From Eledone cirrhosa (taxonomy: Eukaryota): a DNA stretch of 64,000 nt. How positions within the stretch are numbered: position 1 is the stretch's first letter; every line of letters starts with the position of its first letter. Location of the stretch: assembly GCA_964016885.1 (NCBI GenBank), contig OZ024742.1, positions 342,054,001-342,118,000 of the forward strand, given 5' to 3'. A program made the position numbers and the translations under genes. Below, piece by piece: positions 60,400-64,000 of the stretch. The notes beneath the pieces were generated by a model. It was given only the letters and a program-made list of their open reading frames with translations, did not search any database and was not told the DNA's origin.

Positions 60400-61170
60400 A
60401 CCAAGTGCGACAATCTGCAACACCTCACACCTTGGGAGTTAACTGTACACTTTCAGGCAAGCCAGCAGGCTCGCAGCATTAGCACTACTATAGGTGATGG
60501 TGAGGCTAAACCGCTGAAATAACCAGGCACCCTCACGGGCATCACCTGACACCTCAGTAAGGCGAGCTGCCAGTGAAGACACTGAACGTCTCGAACGCCA
60601 CAGGCTGGAAAAAATAATTATTTGATAAGTCCTGGTATTTCCGAATTTTGTTTCGTTCGGTAGCTGAAGCAATGACCCCCGCATTCACCGCGGTGTCCAT
60701 GATGTAGGAGGGAACAAAAGAGTCACTGACTGTGACGTCCCAGATGAGGCAGCTACCTCTCACCCAGGGACAAAGGGTAAGACCGTCTGGTCTCTTCTCA
60801 TCACTTCTGGATAAACCAGCCGGTTCCAGAACTGTGGGGATATTAACCCGAGCACGGGCCCGTTTGACGATCAGGTTTAGGGCTCCCACACGAAGTGTAA
60901 TGGAGATGCGGAGTTCGTCCTGACTGAGAATGCTACCAATGTTGGCCACAAGCAGGGCATCAATCCAGTCCACCGAGTACTTGCGCTAGCAGAAAGTAAG
61001 CGGCACATAGAAAATCCATCGGAAAGATCAAAGAGAGAGTTGAACGTTTCCCTCGAACGCAGATTTCCCATGCTCTTTGCTTCCGTCTATCCTCATCAGT
61101 AACTGGGACTGATAAACCCAGCTCTCTCCACTGTAGTAAAGCTTCATCCAACTCCCTGGTGGAACTAGTC
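60400..61170 (-). mobile_element. CRE-clade (restriction-like endonuclease) non-LTR retrotransposon 3' remnant
   Basis: KRPDGLTL.PW..G..LIWDVTVSD...ERNKIRKY..F.PVAFETF matches the PD-(D/E)xK RLE layout; frameshifted. Confidence 0.8.
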
Positions 61171-61371
61171 CAAGTGGGGAAGTATTCAGTTACTTTGATA
61201 AATATAATCGACTATACCCAGGCCAGTTAGTATCAGTTTATGGTTATGAGAAGCAGAGGGGGGTCTATTCCAATCAAATTCTTGTTCTTGTGTTCTGTTT
61301 ATTATCTTCTGTACACACACATATACACACACCTCTATACCATGTATTAAACATGTTACCTGTACTTGCAT

Positions 61372-61497
<126 letters not shown>

Positions 61498-61507
61498 TTT
61501 ATATATA

Positions 61508-63153
61508 TCATCATCATCATCGTCGTTTAACGTCTATCTTCCACACTAGCATGGGAGTTGTCATACTTGAGGCAAGAATGGTCGGGTGACTATGTCTCGC
61601 TCGTATAGGGCTGTCTGGTAGGTTTTCTACGGCTGGATGCCCTTCCTAACACCAACCACGTTTACAGTGTGGACTGGGAAGTTTTTTCCGTGTTACCTAC
61701 ACGGCCACATTACAGCGTGGACTGTGTGGTTTTTTTTTTGTCGTGACACCTACACGACCTCATTTATTTAGGACTGGATGTTGTGGTACCAACATAACTT
61801 TACAGAGAGAGTGTGGTGTTAGTGGGGGGGGGGGGGAGTAGTGGGATGGGGTATATATTTGGTTAAGAGGTGCCTACTGACTGTAGGTTTCGCTTTGTAC
61901 TTACGCGAGGTGGGTCTTCTGTATTACTGCGTAACGCCAAAAATCTCGGTCCAGTGACATTGTCTTGGAGAGGTGTGTGTAAGGTCGGAATTTATCAAAT
62001 CGTCCCAGGTTTTTTGGGGTCTACCTACTCCGTAACTTCCATCAATTTTGATCGCCCTGCACTTTTTTTATACAACTGTTGTCTTTCATGCGCATCACGT
62101 GACCACACCAATGTAGTCTTCTTTCGAGTAAACAGCATCTGATCCTTCTTATTCCTAATTTCTCACTTAGTTCATTTATGCTTTGCCATTCGCATATTAC
62201 ACATCCAACGGAGCATGGATGCTTCGTTCCTCTCCAGTCTGCGCAGATCCTCTGCACACAATGCCCACGTCTCACTGCCATGTAGCATTGCTGTTCGTAT
62301 ACAGGCATCATACAATCTGCCTTTCATTTTTAGCGAGAAACCTTTAGTGGCCAATAGTGGTATTAGCTCTCTGAACTTTTTCCATCCCGTTCTGACTCTG
62401 GCTACTGAACTGTCAGAGCACCCTCCACCACTGCTGATTTTGTCACCCAGGTAACGGAAAGTGTCCACTATTTCTATAGAACCATCTGGGCAATAGAAGG
62501 AGATAGTATCCTGTGGGCACTTGCTACTTATTGCACCTGAGCATCGGCCACATATAAAATCTACGTTATTAGATAGCTTACCTGTAATCCCACTACATCT
62601 TTTATGTACCCATTGTTTGCATTTGGGACATAAAATGGAATTTCTGCCTACTCCATTCCTACACACTGAGCATGGCCATTTCCCAGAGGGTTCCTGTACC
62701 CTATTTTCCTTTCTACATACTAGAACTTTAGTCTTAGACAAGTTAACTTTAAGGCCTTTTGATTCTAGGCCATGCTTCCATGTTTGGAATTTCTTCTCTA
62801 GTTCAGTCATCGATTCTATGAGAGTTAGATCATCTGCATATAGAAGTTCCCATGGGCAGCCGGTCTTGAACTCCTCTGTTATAGCCTGAAGGGCAATAAT
62901 AAATAGGAGGGAGCTAAGGACAGAGCCTTGATGAACATCAACTATTCATCAACACCTAGTTTTCTAAGAGCCCACCAGATAATGGAGCAGGGGACGCTGT
63001 CAAAGGCTTTCTCCAAGTCAACAAAAGCTAAGTATAGGGGTTTACTTTTAGCTAGGTACTTCTGTAGTTGTCGTACAAGGAAAAGAGCGTCCGTGGTACT
63101 TTTACCTGACACAAACCTAAACTGCATTTCATCTAGATCAATTCGTTCTCTGA
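61508..63153 (-). mobile_element. Second copy of the PHD-containing RTE family, with an internal ~87-bp deletion near 62945
   Basis: Homologous to 7019-8675 including the 3' UTR and (GAT)n tail; extends further 5' (FVDLEKAFD). Confidence 0.95.
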
Positions 63154-63157
63154 TTAG

Positions 63158-63189
<32 letters not shown>

Positions 63190-63466
63190 ATGTAATAAAC
63201 AACATAAGGCAATTATTCCATTTACCAGTGGTTTCTTAAAAGCAAAAGGTTTTGCTTTCAATCCTCAGAATGAAAAATCCTGGTTTGTTTATTGAATATG
63301 GATTCTAAAAACAAAAATGCAATCTATATGAAAGTGAGGCTGGAAAAAGGAGAAGGAAAGGAAAAATAAAATAAAATAAAACTACACATGCAAACACACA
63401 CAAAAAAACACAAAAGCATACTAACACATTTATATATCGGACTTTTCTGATGGAATTACTTCATTT

Positions 63467-63568
<102 letters not shown>

Positions 63569-63839
63569 ATATATATGTATATATATATATATATGTATAT
63601 TTATTAAAATAACAGATTAAAGTTTAAGCAAAGAATCGCTGCTTTCACCCTTATATATATGTATGTATATATGTATATATATATATGTATATATATATGT
63701 ATATATATATATGTGTATATATATGTATATATATATATGTATATATATGTATGTATAAATGTATATATATATCTATGTATATATATATGTATATATGCAT
63801 ATATATATGTATATATACATATGTATATATATATACATA

Positions 63840-64000
63840 TCATCATCATCATCATTTTACGTCCGCTTTTCCCTGCTTGCAAGGGTGGGACGGGTTTTAT
63901 TCAGCACAGCATCTCTCCACTTGCCACGGTCCTTCGTCATCTCCACCACGAGCTTCAGCGATCTGAAGTCTGTTCTCACCACCTCCACCCATGTTTTTCG
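63840..64000 (-). mobile_element. RTE LINE 3' terminus (runs off the window); likely partner of SINE family A
   Basis: Minus frame [23 protein letters not shown] then (GAT)n; the last ~55 nt match the SINE tail at 14875-14936. Confidence 0.85.

Overview
AT-rich, repeat-dominated animal genomic DNA. The SINE/LINE/microsatellite mix looks cephalopod (octopus)-like, but that is an inference. One host gene is visible: the 5' part of a spliced GAPDH on the minus strand, with coding exons at 2776-2807, 1302-1398 and 132-238, continuing off the left edge. A distant candidate coding exon at 27166-27276 would splice in frame and add a 41-aa helical N-terminal extension. The rest is giant (TA)nAA microsatellite fields, LINE remnants (RTE with an internal PHD finger, CR1, Tx1/L1, CRE), mariner and pogo relics, MITEs, two tRNA-derived SINE families and minisatellites. 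The most striking hidden feature is four long fold-back palindromes (about 17.2, 38.1, 51.9 and 55.7 kb) plus a degenerate fifth (16.1 kb). Each of the four abuts (TA)n and carries a minimal type I hammerhead ribozyme motif in its arms, which fits Penelope-like inverted pseudo-LTR or retrozyme-like non-autonomous elements.
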